A program made the translations under genes and the position numbers. From Rebecca billardiae RCC1528 (Eukaryota; Protista; Haptophyta): a stretch of DNA of 64,000 nt. The DNA lies in contig OZ251225.1 in NCBI GenBank assembly GCA_965240325.2, forward strand, positions 2,728,001-2,792,000, in the 5' to 3' direction. Below the pieces are notes generated by a model, which had not been told where the DNA came from, ran no database searches, and saw only the letters and a list, made by a program, of their open reading frames with translations. Shown here in pieces: positions 1-10,930 of this stretch. Numbering within the stretch: the first letter of the stretch is position 1; each line of letters starts with the position of its first letter.

Positions 1-679
1 TGGGGTGCCTCTCGGCGTGCAACTTCATGTCGCAGGTGGCGTGGTCCGCGCCCGGACAGCCGAAATCCCGCTGGGTGGCCGACCGCCGCAGATCGCAGAA
101 CCAGACCGAGGGCACAGGCGGCACGCAGCCAGATGAGTCGACCGTCACGTCTGAGGATGTCGCGCGCACGTGCTGCGAGTGCGGCCACGGCGCTGACCGA
201 GGCATCTGCCCCGCGCCGAGGGTCATGCCGGGCGGCGAGGTGCGCGCGCGCGCGCGCGCTCGCGCCACGCTCGCGCCGCCTGCGCGCGCCAACGGCCTGC
301 GCGTGCTCACGCACGACAGCCCGCCGCCGCACCCACCACGGTGTCGCCGCCATCCACGCCGCAGGTGATCTGGCCGCCGCCCAACGACGCGTGCATCGCC
401 GGCTGCTCGCCTTACGCCAACTACCCCAAGTCGTACAAGAAGACGATGTGCACGCTCGGGCAGATGCCCGCGATCAAGTTCAACGAGCGCACGAGCATCG
501 AGCTCAGCCAGGTGCAGAAGATCTTCAAGGACTGGGCGCCGGAGGCGTACTCGTGGCAGTTCGACGACATGTCCTCGACCTACCTGTGCGAGGGCGCTGA
601 CTTCAAGCTCACCTTCTGCCCGCGCACCAAGAAGCACGACTCCGACAAGCACGGGGGCAGCGGCAAGGGCGACAAGTGA
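1..679 (+). CDS. Thaumatin-like (PR-5 family) protein, 3' part; join(<3..239,365..679)
   Basis: Frame 3 reads GCLSACNF. Removing intron 240-364 (GTGCGC...CGCAG) joins ...MPGGE|VIWPP... The C-terminus IFKDWAPEAYSWQFDDMSSTYLC...FKLTFCP matches the thaumatin terminal signature FKxxCPxAYSYxxDDxTSTFTC...xITFCP. The 5' end lies outside the window. Confidence 0.75.
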
Positions 680-885
680 GTCCTATGCGTGGCCGCGCGC
701 TGTCGAGGCGGGTGCTTGGCAGCGCTGCCATAGTGGACCGATCACGCCGATGCATGTGCTCGCGCAGGATATTGCCCGCACGAGACGATTGAAGAAGCTT
801 ACGAGTTACGGCGGCTACATACAGCCTCAGAGCGCTATACTACTGTCATCGATAATATATTAGTACGTACTGTTGCCAACTTTGA

Positions 886-2010
886 TCATCGTGCGTCAGT
901 CATAGTGAGTGAGTCATGCGGCGTGCTCCGAGAACGTAGCAATATAGGGGGGTCTGGATCCAGTTCAGCTTCGGAAGGGGGGCAGCTGCGGGCACGGAGG
1001 GACGCGCGCTCTTGCTCCGCCTCAGCTGCTGCGCCCTTCTTGGTCTCGGCGGTGCAGAGCCCGGCGGCAGTGGATGCGATGATGGTGGCGCCACCGCACA
1101 GCGTTAAGATGCCCACGTGCCGCTCCTCCGCCGTGCGGCCGAAAGCAGCCTGCAGGCTGATGGAGCCTAGCACCTCCGCTGCGATGAGGAGTACGCCAGA
1201 CACCGCTGCGTCCATCACCGCCATGCCCGACGCCATAAGCGCCTGCGTGCAGACCATAATGCTTGCGAAGGATAGCAGCGAGGCCCACGCCCAAGGGCTC
1301 CCTTCCCCCAAGCCACCGGCCAGTGGCAGCGACAGGCTCGCAGGGACCAGGAGGCCGCACGCGGGTGCCGCGGCGATGAGGCCTAGCGTCTGCGTGAGGA
1401 CGAGGGCGTGGAGAGGGGTATTCGATCTCACGTGGAGTACGCGCACTGCTGCGTAACCCACCGCGACGATGCAGGCACCGACGAGGGCGGCGGCAATGCC
1501 TCGGATCCGCATGATGTGCCTTGGAGCGTCGCCGTGATGGACGCCAGAGTTTGCAACGAGCCCCACGCCGACGACGATGCCGACACCGGACCAGACGCGC
1601 ATCGCGCTGATTGGCTCGCGCAGGAAGAGCCAGCCCAATGGAGAGGACCACAGGGCGACGGAGGCGAGCAGGATCATCGCGTCGGCGAGGGGTAGAAGCG
1701 CAACTGCCGTGTATGACAGCGCCGTGCCGAGGCCCGCGCCGAGCGCTCGCACGATGAGCCAGCCCCACGGCCGCGGGCTCGGCCCGAGCCACGAGCGCAC
1801 TGGCACGCCGCGCGCCACGAGGAATGCGCAGAAGAGCGCGAGCTGAAGACAGCTGCCGATGAAGATCATCTGCATGGGGCCCATACCGAGCGTCTGCGCT
1901 ACCTGGATGAGCAGCGACTGCACCGCGAAGCCCAAGCCGGCGAAAGCCGTACCGAGCACGCCGCGCCAGGCGGGCAGCATGCCGGCAAGCGCATTGATTC
2001 CAGCCATCAT
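886..2010 (-). CDS. EamA/DMT-family (SLC35G-like) membrane transporter
   Basis: About 10 hydrophobic helices. YTAVALLPLADAMIL...GWLFLREPIS is typical of EamA. Start placed at ATG 2010; the ORF stays open to 2163. Confidence 0.8.
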   Translation of the reverse strand: MMAGINALAGMLPAWRGVLGTAFAGLGFAVQSLLIQVAQTLGMGPMQMIFIGSCLQLALFCAFLVARGVPVRSWLGPSPRPWGWLIVRALGAGLGTALSYTAVALLPLADAMILLASVALWSSPLGWLFLREPISAMRVWSGVGIVVGVGLVANSGVHHGDAPRHIMRIRGIAAALVGACIVAVGYAAVRVLHVRSNTPLHALVLTQTLGLIAAAPACGLLVPASLSLPLAGGLGEGSPWAWASLLSFASIMVCTQALMASGMAVMDAAVSGVLLIAAEVLGSISLQAAFGRTAEERHVGILTLCGGATIIASTAAGLCTAETKKGAAAEAEQERASLRARSCPPSEAELDPDPPILLRSRSTPHDSLTMTDAR

Positions 2011-2216
2011 CGACGTCGAGGCGGGCCGGGCCGTACAGTATCCATACTTGCCATCCGATCCACCGCCAGACGCTGCGGCTGGTGGTGAGCACCACTGCAC
2101 CAGCTGCCTCGGCAGCAGGCGTGCGGGATCCAAGCTCGCGCGTCCCGGACGAACCGTCAGCAAGGGTGGTCAGGGTCGCCGACTCCAGTGGCGTCCGCAA
2201 TGCTTCTCAAGTGACC

Positions 2217-2304
2217 TTTTTTTCTCGGCGCCAAAAAAAGTTTTCTTCCGCGCGAAAAAAGTTTTCCTTCGCGCCAAAAAAAGTTTTCTTCGCGCGAAAA
2301 AAAG
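2217..2304. repeat. Four tandem ~22-bp units (TTTTCTTCGCGCGAAAAAAAG-like), each with an E2F-like site on the - strand
   Basis: Four T-tract / CG core / A-tract units read directly, upstream of the EamA gene. Confidence 0.75.
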
Positions 2305-2953
2305 TTCTGCTCCCGTTCGGTAGTTATGGATTGGCTTATGGCCGAAAGCGTGGTGCCTTGACCTTGTCATGTTTGGGCCCTGTTCACCACGGTGTTTTCA
2401 CTGTGAAATGGCAGAGGTCATATCTCACGAACCACAGACCGTAGCAAGCTCGGGATGGTTTTGCCGCGTTCCTAGGCGTGCTTAGAAGTTTATTTTTAAA
2501 GCACGAACAAGTTTGAGGCTGAGCGCCGTATCTAGCTTACAGCTACTTGCGCTCGGTCGCGGCGGCCAAGATTTAGTTAGCAAGAAGGTGCTCCGCGGGC
2601 TGGGAGAGCCAGGTGTGGCCAAATGCAAATCCACCGAACGATATAAGTAATATTAATATATATTTTAAAGTGTATATTTTAAAACTTATTTAAAACCCGC
2701 GGGCTCACGGTCCACCCCGTAAGTGATTAGTGAACCCAGTTGGGCACTCCAGCGGTAAAATCGTAAATGCGGTTGCCGGCGCCAGTCGTCATTACTCATT
2801 GCGCCAATTGCGGCCCCGTTGCGGGCGGCACGGACGGCACGGTGACCGTGTGACGACGACAGTCGACTGCTTGTCCGTGTCGGACAACTTGTCATCGTTG
2901 AGTAGCAGGATATTGTCCGCCTATTGAACTCGTATTATCATGGAGAACTGGAT

Positions 2954-4082
2954 TCATGATGATGAGTGCTGCTTAATCGTCGCCGACTTTGGCGCAAACT
3001 CGTCAGCCAGGAGCTCGCGCACGAAGATGGCGTCCTGCGCATGCGGCCGGTTCCCCTCCTCGAAGGTGTACGATGACGCCACGGCCAAGCGGCGCCCGTC
3101 GGGCGAGAAGCCGAGCGAGGCGATGGCGGCAGGGTAGCCGCTCCATTGGCACAGCCGCTTCTTGTGCGCGCCATCCCACGCGTTCACGGTGCCGTCACAG
3201 CCGCCCGAGGCGAACGTGCCGTGGACGGGGTGAAAGGCAAGCGCATTCACGGGATGCGCGACGTCCATACCATCCTCGCCTGTCGCGGTGTGGGAGGGCG
3301 CGCCCGTGCAGGGCGTCAGTGTTTCGTGCTGCGCGTGAGCACTGACCTGGGGCGCGCACACGGGCGCTCGCGGCGGTGCGCGCACTGGTCGAGCGATGGC
3401 ACTTGAACGCGTACTTGCGCGCCTGTACTTCGGGGGATGCGTCGATGTACTCCATGGCCACCCGCCCTTCCACGGAGCCAAGAGCGTAGCCTCCGCCGTC
3501 GATGTGGCAAGCGACACACCGCGTCTGGGTCTTGAGTGATGACTCGCGGCGCTGCAAGGGCTCGGCCATGTTGCGCGCGTCCAGGATCAAGACGGCTCGC
3601 CCAGCGGTGGCAACCACGACTATCGGTGCGCTGCTCAGCTCGGCGGTCGCGAGAGCAAACACCTTGTCTGGCTGCACGAATGTGCCCTGGCACGCGGACG
3701 GTGCACGCACGTCCCAAAGCTTGACGCTCCGGTCCCAGCTGCCACTCACGAAGCTCGTGGCGCCAGGGAGCGGTTCGATGCAGCGAATTGGCGCGTCGTG
3801 CACTCCCAACACAGTCTCCGTCCCAGTCACCCAGTCGTGCGAGCGAAGCTCACGGTCCACCCCGCCCGACAGCACCGATGTCGCCGAGATCGGCGCGACA
3901 TCCAACACAGCCGCGCGGTGCGCGTAACGCGCGCGCAGCGTATTGCCCACGGCGTCATAGAGGTAGACGTGCGAGTCCCATGACGAGGCGACGACCGTGT
4001 CGTTCGATGCAAAGCGGACACAAGTGACGCCGTCCGCGGGCGCGTTCGCGAGCGCGATCTGGGGAGAGGTGCGGCCCCGCAT
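2954..4082 (-). CDS. BUB3: Mitotic checkpoint WD40 protein BUB3; join(4082..3386,3279..2954), 340 aa
   Basis: [34 protein letters not shown]. Removing intron 3280-3385 gives [36 protein letters not shown], then [12 protein letters not shown]. Confidence 0.93.
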
Positions 4083-4250
4083 TGTTTTGAATTGCGCGGA
4101 AATCAGCCGGCCGTGGGTCCGGGCGCGCAGACCTTTCACTGCTGCTGCTTTTTAGTCCGGTGCACCCGTGCGCATGGTTCTGATACTGCTAAAATGCTTC
4201 GGTGAGTTGAGGGCCGGCCGGGCACCTCCTCAGTCCTCACCGGGTCAATA

Positions 4251-5408
4251 ATGGCGGCGCGCCTACTGGTGGCATGGCTGTTGGCGGCAAGCATCTGCGC
4301 GCTAGGTGACGACGCGTGCGACGACCCGAGCCGTGCGCCCGAGCTCGTAGCCGCATACTACATCAACCGCGATCGGGACGTCGAGCGGCACGAGTTCATG
4401 AATCGCACGCTCCGAGCTGCGGGCATCAGGCCGGTGCGCGTACCCGCCATCGAGCCACCCGTCGAGAAGATACGCACGCTGCTCTACGATAGCTCGCTCG
4501 CGTACGAGAACACGTCTTTGGTGAAGACGATGCGCTCCCAACGCCACTGCATCGCGGCGACGCGCCCCAGCCGCCGCGGGCAGTCCGAGCGCCCGCTCTC
4601 GCGCTGCGTGCACCCCATCGCGAGGAATCCAATGGGCTGCGTGCACCTGAACGCGTACGGCCCCAACATGACGGAGCTGGTGCATGTGAGCACGAGCGTG
4701 AGCAGCAGCACGTGCGGCCGACTGATTGCGAGCTACTTGAGTGCGCTCAAGGCCGTGCGCAGCATCCACGACGACTCCGAGAGCTCACGACCCACGCGGC
4801 GGAAGGGAGGCACGCGCAAGGCGGACCAGACGCGCGCGCCGCGACCCGACGAGCGGTACTACCTGCTGATGGAGGATGACTCGATGATCATCCCCGAGTG
4901 GCGCCAACGCCTCTGCCGGTTCCTGCGGATCTCGCCCGCGCACACGTGGGACATTGCCAAGGTCGACGTGGACGAGGCCGACCAGAACCCGCGCGTGCAG
5001 GTGCAGCGCAAGCGTGTGGGCAACCTGTACACGCGCGAGGAGCTCGCCGTGCTCCGCGCCGACCCGATAGCGTGGGCGAACAACCGGCACGTGAGCAGCA
5101 AGCGCGTGCCGTTCGCGTACGGCATGGCGGCGGTGCTGCTGCGCGAAAGTGCCGTGCCGCACCTGCTCGCCCTGATGGAGGATGACCACATGTTCGTGTT
5201 CGACTTGCAAGTGGCCAAGTGGAGTTACACTCGCGCCCTGCGCGTCGCACTGACGAGAGACCGGATGTGCGACCCCAACTCCCCGCTGCAGCGAGTGACG
5301 ACCCTTGGAAAGGCCAGGCCGAGTCCGGGCGGGAACGAGGGAGCCACTCCACCCAGAGCCACGCGCGAGGGCTCCAAGGGCCCCACGCATCGCGCGCCGC
5401 GGCGCTAA
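4251..5408 (+). CDS. Glycosyltransferase family 25-like secreted/Golgi protein (paralogue 1)
   Basis: Signal peptide. YYINRDRDVERHEFM resembles the GT25 N-terminal motif, and LLMEDD is the acidic motif. Clearly homologous to the genes at 40209 and 43510. Confidence 0.65.
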   Translation: MAARLLVAWLLAASICALGDDACDDPSRAPELVAAYYINRDRDVERHEFMNRTLRAAGIRPVRVPAIEPPVEKIRTLLYDSSLAYENTSLVKTMRSQRHCIAATRPSRRGQSERPLSRCVHPIARNPMGCVHLNAYGPNMTELVHVSTSVSSSTCGRLIASYLSALKAVRSIHDDSESSRPTRRKGGTRKADQTRAPRPDERYYLLMEDDSMIIPEWRQRLCRFLRISPAHTWDIAKVDVDEADQNPRVQVQRKRVGNLYTREELAVLRADPIAWANNRHVSSKRVPFAYGMAAVLLRESAVPHLLALMEDDHMFVFDLQVAKWSYTRALRVALTRDRMCDPNSPLQRVTTLGKARPSPGGNEGATPPRATREGSKGPTHRAPRR

Positions 5409-5703
5409 GAATACGATGAAGCATTAGCAGGCGTTAGGCGCTACGACTCGGCTTAGGACGATGGCGGAGAATTCCAGTGCTGCCATCACCTCAGCAGAGA
5501 TCAGCAGTATAGGGTCCTCTGATTACTACTGAGTATGATCGATGAGGCGGCCCGAGTGCGCGCTCACTCGCGTCGCATCCGAGAGTGCATGATCACACTG
5601 ATCAGTAACGACGATGTCGATGCGCATATATATGAATTCATGACTCTGCTGATGGCGGTTGATCGGCGACTCCGACGATACGACGGCCTAGCTAGAGCTC
5701 TTA

Positions 5704-5707
<4 letters not shown>

Positions 5708-5738
<31 letters not shown>
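5708..5738. repeat. (TA)n microsatellite
   Basis: Read directly. Confidence 0.95.
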
Positions 5739-5741
<3 letters not shown>

Positions 5742-6036
5742 TATAGCACTATTAGACCGACTATAGTTATAGAAGTTTACTACGACGACTATTATTAGTC
5801 TATTAGACCGACTAGTTGAGAAGTTTACGCGACTACTATACATACATGCAGTCGTCAGTATATTCCTCCTCAGCAGCATTTGTCATCATCATCAAAGCAT
5901 CTGATGCTTATCGTCACTTTTATAGACCGACTACTACTTAGACGAATAAGAATACTATACGCTAGCTACGACTAAATTTCGTCGCGCAGTATATATATAT
6001 ATTGGCATCAGCAGCATATATTGGTTATCGCGGTCA

Positions 6037-8148
6037 TCAAAGCATCTGCTGGCGAATAAGTAGAGTAGTGGACGGGCGCGACGACCAGTTGGCCGCCGAT
6101 GCGGCCGTCTCGTGATGATGACGGCTGAGCGACGGAGCAGGTGAGGCTCTCTTCTGCGATGAGGTGGCCGCAGAGCAGTGGCCTCGATCCTCGTCGCGCG
6201 GCTTGCCGCCAGTGGCACTAGCCACTGCTGCCTCGTCAGCCGCCTTAGCACCGGCGCCATGAGCGCTCTCGTCATCATCGTCGACGTCCGGAAGGCACAG
6301 CACGCGCCCCGCCCATGCGCAGCCTCTTCCACGCAGGAAGGGCAGGAAGAGCGTCACCAGCACTGGGGTGAGCAGGCTCGTGCCGAGCAACCAGATGAAC
6401 AGCGCGCGCGCGTCGCCCGCCCACCCCGGACAGGCGGGGCACGAGCTCGGGCAGTCGCCGCCCAGCCCGCCGTGCGCGAGCGAGGTTGCGAAGCCCTCGC
6501 CGGCGCAGACTGACGAGATCGAGCGGCACGCTGCCAGCCCGGCGCCGGCGCCGGCATCACGGCTGGCGCAGAAGTGGCCTTCGGCGTCCCGGCAGCGCGT
6601 GCAGTTGGGCGAATACGCCGCGAGCAGCACGCCGTTGAGCGCCGCGGGCAGCCTCGAGATCACCTCGCGCATCATCCCCGCGCCGGCGAGGAAGATTGCC
6701 TCCCGCCCGCGCGGCGCGAGCGTGGCCAGCCACTCGAAGAAGCGCGGCGCCCACAGCACCTCGCCCGCCGTCTGCAGTGTCATCCAAGCCGCCGCGGCGG
6801 GCACGCTCGGCGCGAGGACGAGCGGCAGCGTCGAGAGCGCCATCAGCCACATGCCCGGTAGCATGACGCTAAGCGACTCGCGGTGCGCGCTCAGCGCCGC
6901 CACCACCGGCGGCAGCGTCGCGCAGCCCCACAGGTTGATCGAGTGGATCCTGAAGATGGGCACGCCCTCGCCATAGAAGCGCTCGAGGTACGCGGGGAGA
7001 ATCGTGTCCATATCGACCCACAGCTTGGCGAGCGGCGCGACCATCAGCGACATGGCCACGGCGCGGCCGAAGGCGCGCAGCCGGAGCAGCTCGCGCGCCG
7101 AGGCGCCCACGGCGCGCGCGTCGCGGCACAGCGCTCGTGTGAGCACCGACACAGGCCACGTGCGCGGCCCGGCTGCTGCGGGCGTGTGCGAGCCAGGGGC
7201 GTCGGCGGCCACTGCTGCCGCGCCCACTCGGGATGGCACAACCACGTACCTGACGGGCTGGGGCTCGGGCTGGGGCTCGTCCTCGCCATGGCCGGGCCCG
7301 AGTCCGCCGCGCGAGGGCAGCGAGTGCGACCGCTGCGGCGCCACGGGCGGTGGCTCCTGCTGCGGCCGCGACGGCACAGCCGGCAGGTCAGAGCCATGCG
7401 CGCCCGCGGCAGCTGCGTCCGCGAGCACGGGCACGAGCTCAAGGTCGTGCACGAAGCACGCCGTCGCGCCGAGGCACACCAGGGTGAGCACCCAGGTGAA
7501 CACGACCCACGTGCGCAGGCCGCTCCACAGGATCGGCTGCGCGCCGCCGAGCGCGGCGGGGAGCGGCAACGTGAACTCAAAGTTGCGCGTGCGCGTCAGA
7601 TCGATCCCGAGATCCACAAACGCGCCCGCGAGGTTGTGCAGCGCGTACTGCAGCGCGAAGACGATGGGGCGCGTGCCCGAGTGCGTGAGCTTCTTGAGCG
7701 AGACGCCATACAGCCCTGTGGTGAGCAATGCCTCGCCAAAGGGCGTGAGCGTGAGCAGCGTGAGCGTCGCGACGGCCGGCGAGCGCGTGAACGCCACCAT
7801 GCCTCGGCTCACAGCCCCAACGCTCAGCGCGACGAGTGCGACCATGCGCACGCCGATGGTGTCGACCAGAAGCGCGCCTACAACGCCAAAGCCCACGTGA
7901 AACCAGCTCTGGATGCCGATTACGAGTCCAGCGCGCTCGTCCCTGATCCGAAATTCTGTCGTTAGATACGTGTACTGCACAAACGACATGCCAAACGAGC
8001 GGCCCCTGTCCAGCACGCAGATGACCAGCACGACGACAGCTTGGCGTGGGATCGAACGGGCGGCTGCCCACGACTCAGCGAGCCGCCGAGCCCACCCGAC
8101 TGGGTCAGGCGATCTCAGGGAGTCGGCACTCAGCGCGTCGGCAGCCAT
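6037..8148 (-). CDS. MFS transporter (POT/PTR-like), ~12 TM, with a central Pro-rich loop and a Cys-rich C-terminal loop
   Basis: Two bundles of hydrophobic helices. GALLVDTIGVR resembles MFS motif A, and QTAGEVLWAPRF..APRGREAIF resembles the POT-type C-bundle. Start placed at ATG 8148. Confidence 0.75.
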   Translation of the reverse strand: MAADALSADSLRSPDPVGWARRLAESWAAARSIPRQAVVVLVICVLDRGRSFGMSFVQYTYLTTEFRIRDERAGLVIGIQSWFHVGFGVVGALLVDTIGVRMVALVALSVGAVSRGMVAFTRSPAVATLTLLTLTPFGEALLTTGLYGVSLKKLTHSGTRPIVFALQYALHNLAGAFVDLGIDLTRTRNFEFTLPLPAALGGAQPILWSGLRTWVVFTWVLTLVCLGATACFVHDLELVPVLADAAAAGAHGSDLPAVPSRPQQEPPPVAPQRSHSLPSRGGLGPGHGEDEPQPEPQPVRYVVVPSRVGAAAVAADAPGSHTPAAAGPRTWPVSVLTRALCRDARAVGASARELLRLRAFGRAVAMSLMVAPLAKLWVDMDTILPAYLERFYGEGVPIFRIHSINLWGCATLPPVVAALSAHRESLSVMLPGMWLMALSTLPLVLAPSVPAAAAWMTLQTAGEVLWAPRFFEWLATLAPRGREAIFLAGAGMMREVISRLPAALNGVLLAAYSPNCTRCRDAEGHFCASRDAGAGAGLAACRSISSVCAGEGFATSLAHGGLGGDCPSSCPACPGWAGDARALFIWLLGTSLLTPVLVTLFLPFLRGRGCAWAGRVLCLPDVDDDDESAHGAGAKAADEAAVASATGGKPRDEDRGHCSAATSSQKRASPAPSLSRHHHETAASAANWSSRPSTTLLIRQQML

Positions 8149-8227
8149 TTCTACGCCGTCCACGCTCGCGGAGGCCCGGAAATTTTGGTGCCCGTGCAGG
8201 TGCCCGTTGGTCATCTGTACGGTGGTC

Positions 8228-10444
8228 ATGCACTTGCGCGCCGCCATCGCGCTCGCGGGCGTGCTGACGCTGGTCGGCGAGCCGCGGCCGTGGAGCTCGA
8301 GCGGCGCGCCTCCGCAGACGCTGCCGCGCGCGCTCTCTCCGTGGGGCAACTGGACGCCGCCGCCCGATCTGCGTGAGCGCGAGGTGGCATTTGCCCAGGA
8401 GCTCGAGAAGCACTCCGACTGGCTCATCGCGGACCGGGGGTCGCGCCCGCTCGACTTTCAGCGGAGCTGCGACATGTCGCACATGGCCAACTGCTCCTGG
8501 TGCCCTGTGCAAGACGCTGCGCTCGCCTCGGCGCACGCGCGCGCCGAGCCGGCAACGCTCTTGGCGCACGGGCCGCTCACAATGATTGACGACCGGCTGC
8601 TCGCCTCCTGGGCCGGCCTCGTGCGCTTCCGCCGGCCGCCGGAGGTGCAGCGTCTCGAGGGCGTGAAGGGACGCGAGCAGTGGTGGCTCAACGGCTTCGA
8701 CGCCTACTGCCACGCCTCGTGGGACGCGCCCGCGCGCCGGTTCGTCTTGGTGCACCGGCAGAGCGTGTGGACGAGCTTGGACGGGCTCTCGTGGGCGAAG
8801 GCGCGGCCGCTGCAGCCGGTGGAGCCGCCGACGGACGCGGAGAACCCGGAGAGCTCGATCGACGTGCCGGGCGAGGACGCATGCCTGTCGCGTGTCGAGT
8901 ATGCCGCGCCGGACGCCGACCTCGCGCGCGCGCCGGACGGCGCGCGCGGGCCGGCCGCCGGCCCCCGAGCGCCATCGCCGCCAGACGCCACGTTCGTCAT
9001 GTCTGCGCGCGGCTTGCACTGCGGCAGCTCGATGCCCCGCCTCTTGGCGGTGCTCAACGGCACGCCGGGCGCGTCGGGCGCGCGCGGCGCCTCCCTCGCG
9101 CACGTGCCCTTCGGCGCTGCGCGCAGCGTGCCGCCACCCGTGTGCCCGCCAGACCCCGCCAGCGTTTCGCGCGCGCTGGCCAAGCCTGCGCCGACGAGCC
9201 AAACAGCGAGTGTCGCCCGCCGAGCGCTCCTGAGCGCGGCTGGTGACGTGTGCAGCACGCTCCACCACGCGCCCGCGCTGGGCGCGGACGTGCTGCTCAC
9301 GCGCGCCAACATGTGCTTCCACGTGCCCGACGTCTCGCCCCGCTGCACCGACGTGCACCATTGCATCCGCTGGCGAGAGATCCGCGCGCTCGAGGTGCGC
9401 ACGGGGCGCGCGCGGCTGGCGGCCGAGCTCTCGCGCGAGCAGCGCTCCGCGGACGACGCATGGCCGCGGCTGCTGCGCGCGTACCTCGACCTGGACGGCA
9501 AGGCGGATCGGTACCGGATGCAGCTGTACTCGCTGCATGCCGGGCTCTACCCGGCATACCCGGCTGCCGCCGCTCCGCCGGCAGACGGCTCGGCGCCGGC
9601 ACGTCCGGACCCGGCGCCGCTGCACGTCGGCGTGATGACGGTTCTCAACTACGCCAAGACGATGCACTACCGCGCCCGGCTGGACATGGAGAGCTTCGCC
9701 AGGCACTGCGCGTCGCTCAGGGGCGGGCACGCGCTGTGCGAGACCGTCGACGTGCACCTGGTCAGCTCGCGCGACGGCGCGCACTTCGACGCGGGCTGGG
9801 CGTACGCGCGCGAGCCGCTCGTGCAGCGGCCGGTGCGCAGCGCGCGCAAGGGCGGGATGATGTTCCCGTGCGGGCCGCCCGTGTATGCCCTCGGGCAGGC
9901 GTGGCTCTTCCTCGCGTACATCAAGTCGACGCACTTTGAGCGCATCCGCTTCGGCCGGCGCGACCCGAACCGCGTGGAGCCGCGCGTCGCGCGCTGGCCG
10001 CTGCATGCGATGGTTGGCCTGCGGCCGGCGGAGAAGAATGGAGCTGGGAAAGGCTCGCTCGTCACCAAGCCGTTCGCCGTGCCCGCCGGGCGGCGGCGCT
10101 GGGTTGGTATCCTCGTTGGGGCGCTCGCCCCGAGTCCGGACGCGCCCACTGACGGCGTCAGGCTCCCACTCGTTGTCGCGAGCATCCGGCCGCGGCGCGG
10201 CGCCCCGGCGAGGGGCATGCCCACAGCCGTCGCGCGAGTGCACCCAACGGCGACGCTGTGCGCCGTACACGTGTGGGTGCCGCAGCGCGCAGAGGAGAGC
10301 GCGCGCACGGCCGCGGATGTGGTCAGCCTGCACCTCCGCCTGCGCTCGGCGAGTGTGTACGCCGTCGAGCTCACAGACGCCCCAAAGTGGTTGGGCGTGC
10401 CTAGCTGTGCGGCCTTATCGCGTGGTCCGCCCAGGACATTCTGA
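8228..10444 (+). CDS. Secreted protein with Asp-box-like motifs, possibly a beta-propeller glycosidase-like fold
   Basis: Signal peptide MHLRAAIALAGVLTLVG. WTSLDGLSW and VSSRDGAHF resemble the Asp-box SxDGxxW/F. The C-terminus is beta-rich (SLHLRLRSASVYAVEL). Confidence 0.55.
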   Translation: MHLRAAIALAGVLTLVGEPRPWSSSGAPPQTLPRALSPWGNWTPPPDLREREVAFAQELEKHSDWLIADRGSRPLDFQRSCDMSHMANCSWCPVQDAALASAHARAEPATLLAHGPLTMIDDRLLASWAGLVRFRRPPEVQRLEGVKGREQWWLNGFDAYCHASWDAPARRFVLVHRQSVWTSLDGLSWAKARPLQPVEPPTDAENPESSIDVPGEDACLSRVEYAAPDADLARAPDGARGPAAGPRAPSPPDATFVMSARGLHCGSSMPRLLAVLNGTPGASGARGASLAHVPFGAARSVPPPVCPPDPASVSRALAKPAPTSQTASVARRALLSAAGDVCSTLHHAPALGADVLLTRANMCFHVPDVSPRCTDVHHCIRWREIRALEVRTGRARLAAELSREQRSADDAWPRLLRAYLDLDGKADRYRMQLYSLHAGLYPAYPAAAAPPADGSAPARPDPAPLHVGVMTVLNYAKTMHYRARLDMESFARHCASLRGGHALCETVDVHLVSSRDGAHFDAGWAYAREPLVQRPVRSARKGGMMFPCGPPVYALGQAWLFLAYIKSTHFERIRFGRRDPNRVEPRVARWPLHAMVGLRPAEKNGAGKGSLVTKPFAVPAGRRRWVGILVGALAPSPDAPTDGVRLPLVVASIRPRRGAPARGMPTAVARVHPTATLCAVHVWVPQRAEESARTAADVVSLHLRLRSASVYAVELTDAPKWLGVPSCAALSRGPPRTF

Positions 10445-10589
10445 CGGCCGGGCTGGGCCAGGCCCAGGCGGGGCGGGATGACGATTTTGACGTTGTTTGA
10501 GTGCCAGGATGGATGACGACAGCATCATCAGCAGCGCGCGCATCATCCACGCATCATCGTCAGCATAACCGTATAGAGAGAGATATCCG

Positions 10590-10618
10590 TATGTATCTAT
10601 ATCTGTTATATATCGTCT

Positions 10619-10649
<31 letters not shown>

Positions 10650-10840
10650 TATCTATCTCTATCTCTATCGTCTCTATCTTTATCTCTATCTCTATCTCTA
10701 TCTCTATCTCTATCTCTATAGTAAGCTAGATCGGTAGATATATATGTACTCATATAGATATATATAGACATATATATAGATAGATACTAGGTTAAGATAG
10801 ATACTTAGGTTAAGATAGATAGATAGATAGATAGATAGAC

Positions 10841-10877
<37 letters not shown>

Positions 10878-10930
10878 GATAGATAGATGATCGATCGATC
10901 GATCGATCGATCGATCGATAGATAGATAGA
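10590..10930. repeat. Compound microsatellite: (TCTA/TCTATA/TCTATC)n, then (GATA)n and (GATC)n
   Basis: Read directly. Confidence 0.9.

Noticed and set aside
2171-2182. CAGGGTCGCC as a hAT terminal repeat
   Set aside because: No inverted partner found nearby.
7913-8427. Apparent 500-bp overlap of the MFS and secreted-protein ORFs
   Set aside because: The overlap disappears with ATG 8148 and ATG 8228, and the latter gives a proper signal peptide.
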